From the NCBI GenBank assembly GCA_023213395.1, contig CM041465.1:134671741-134735740 (forward strand): a DNA stretch of 64,000 nt, written 5' to 3'. This DNA is from Cycas panzhihuaensis (lineage: Eukaryota > Plantae > Cycadophyta). This document shows positions 63,101-64,000 of the stretch, piece by piece. The translations under genes were made by a program, and so were the position numbers. Every line of letters starts with the position of its first letter. The first letter of the stretch is position 1. A model generated the notes under the pieces. It did no database searches. It saw nothing but the letters and a program-made list of their open reading frames with translations, and was not told the origin of the DNA.

Positions 63101-64000
63101 AGGTCCACACAAATCTGAGTGTACCAGCTGCAAAGGATGTGATGCACGCCATGCTTTGCCTTTAGGGAAAGGCAAGCGATGTTGAGTCCCCATTATGCAC
63201 ACTTCACAAAGACATTTTGTGCCATATATCTTTGGAAGCCCATGTACCATGTTTTTGTTGATCATCTGCCTGAGATTGTCTAAGCTCAAATGGCCTAGAC
63301 GTTGATGCCCAAGTTGCATCTTGGACAAGTGTTGAGTGACAATCGAACCAGAGTAAGAAGAATCAAGTGTTATATTATTAGCATCCAATTTGTAGAGGCC
63401 ATAATCCTCATATCCAACAGCTACTACTTGGTCATCTTTGTCACTTATTATACATTTCCCATTTTTGAACAAGACGCTCATCTGTTGCTTGTCCAACTTG
63501 CTAGCAGATAGTAAGTTTTTGTCCATGGAAGGTATGAAGTAGGCATTGCCATTGGGAAATGAAGAGGAAGGATTAGAAGAAGAGTGAAATGGAGCTATTG
63601 TGCCTATTCCAGAAATCTTAACAGATTGATTGTTGCCAAAGGTCACTGATTGACCTTTTTCTTCCTTGATGTCGGTAAGGAGTTCTTCACTCCCAGTCAT
63701 GTGTTGTGAAGCTCCAGAATCAATAATCCAAGTTTCATCAACATTGAATGATTGATAAGCACAAAATAGTTTGTCTTCATCTGCAAACTGATTGAAGTGG
63801 CGTTGATTGCCACCTCTAAAACCCCCCCTTCCTCTTTGACCTCCTCGATAGGCACCTCGATTTGGTCGAGGGGTTCTTCATCTTTTCTTCTTGCTGGAAT
63901 CTTTGTTGGAATTGCTGACGTGGCTACTGCTGTCTCTGATTTTGTTGACATGGCTGCTGCTGCTAATGACGTAGATCTGCTTGCTTCTTCCTACAATCAG
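60178..64000 (-). mobile_element. Element L: Ty1/Copia (Ale/Ivana-like), pol largely intact, 5' part beyond window
   Basis: 3' LTR 60178-60573 (TGT..ACA). PPT rc GTAAAGGGAGG at 60574-60584. PR WIIDSGASQHMTG (~63700-63735), integrase (LVHSDLCGP, TPQQNGVSER), RT (YVDDL), RNase H (LSSTEAEY). A few frameshifts. Confidence 0.95.

Noticed and set aside
284-64000. Orientation bias of intronic TEs relative to RHD3
   Set aside because: Sense (B, D, E, G, K) and antisense (A, C, LINE, F, H, J, M, L) are both common; too few to claim bias

Overview
AT-rich land-plant nuclear DNA, from a large, retrotransposon-rich genome (fern/gymnosperm-like architecture; the taxon is an inference). The only host gene is RHD3/Sey1, an atlastin-type ER-fusion GTPase on the + strand. 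Sixteen GT-AG exons from 32455 to 53712 splice into an uninterrupted ~530-codon frame. I did not find the 5' or 3' exons in the window, so 1-32454 (>32 kb), 32725-48427 (15.7 kb) and 53713-64000 (>10 kb) are probably giant introns. They are filled with nested retroelements: two nested gag-protease-only Gypsy elements (284-9418 containing 3449-8947); a non-autonomous Copia derivative with a solo LTR inside its LTR (10225-13841); a 5'-truncated L1 LINE (14886-29603) interrupted by two full-length related Copia elements; a deletion-collapsed pile of Gypsy/Copia fragments (34.6-47.7 kb); an LTR-like unit carrying an unidentified reading frame (58274-59363); and a near-intact Copia running off the right edge. 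I found no rRNA, tRNA, CRISPR or prokaryotic system. The most unusual items concern retroelement cis-architecture rather than a new host gene system.
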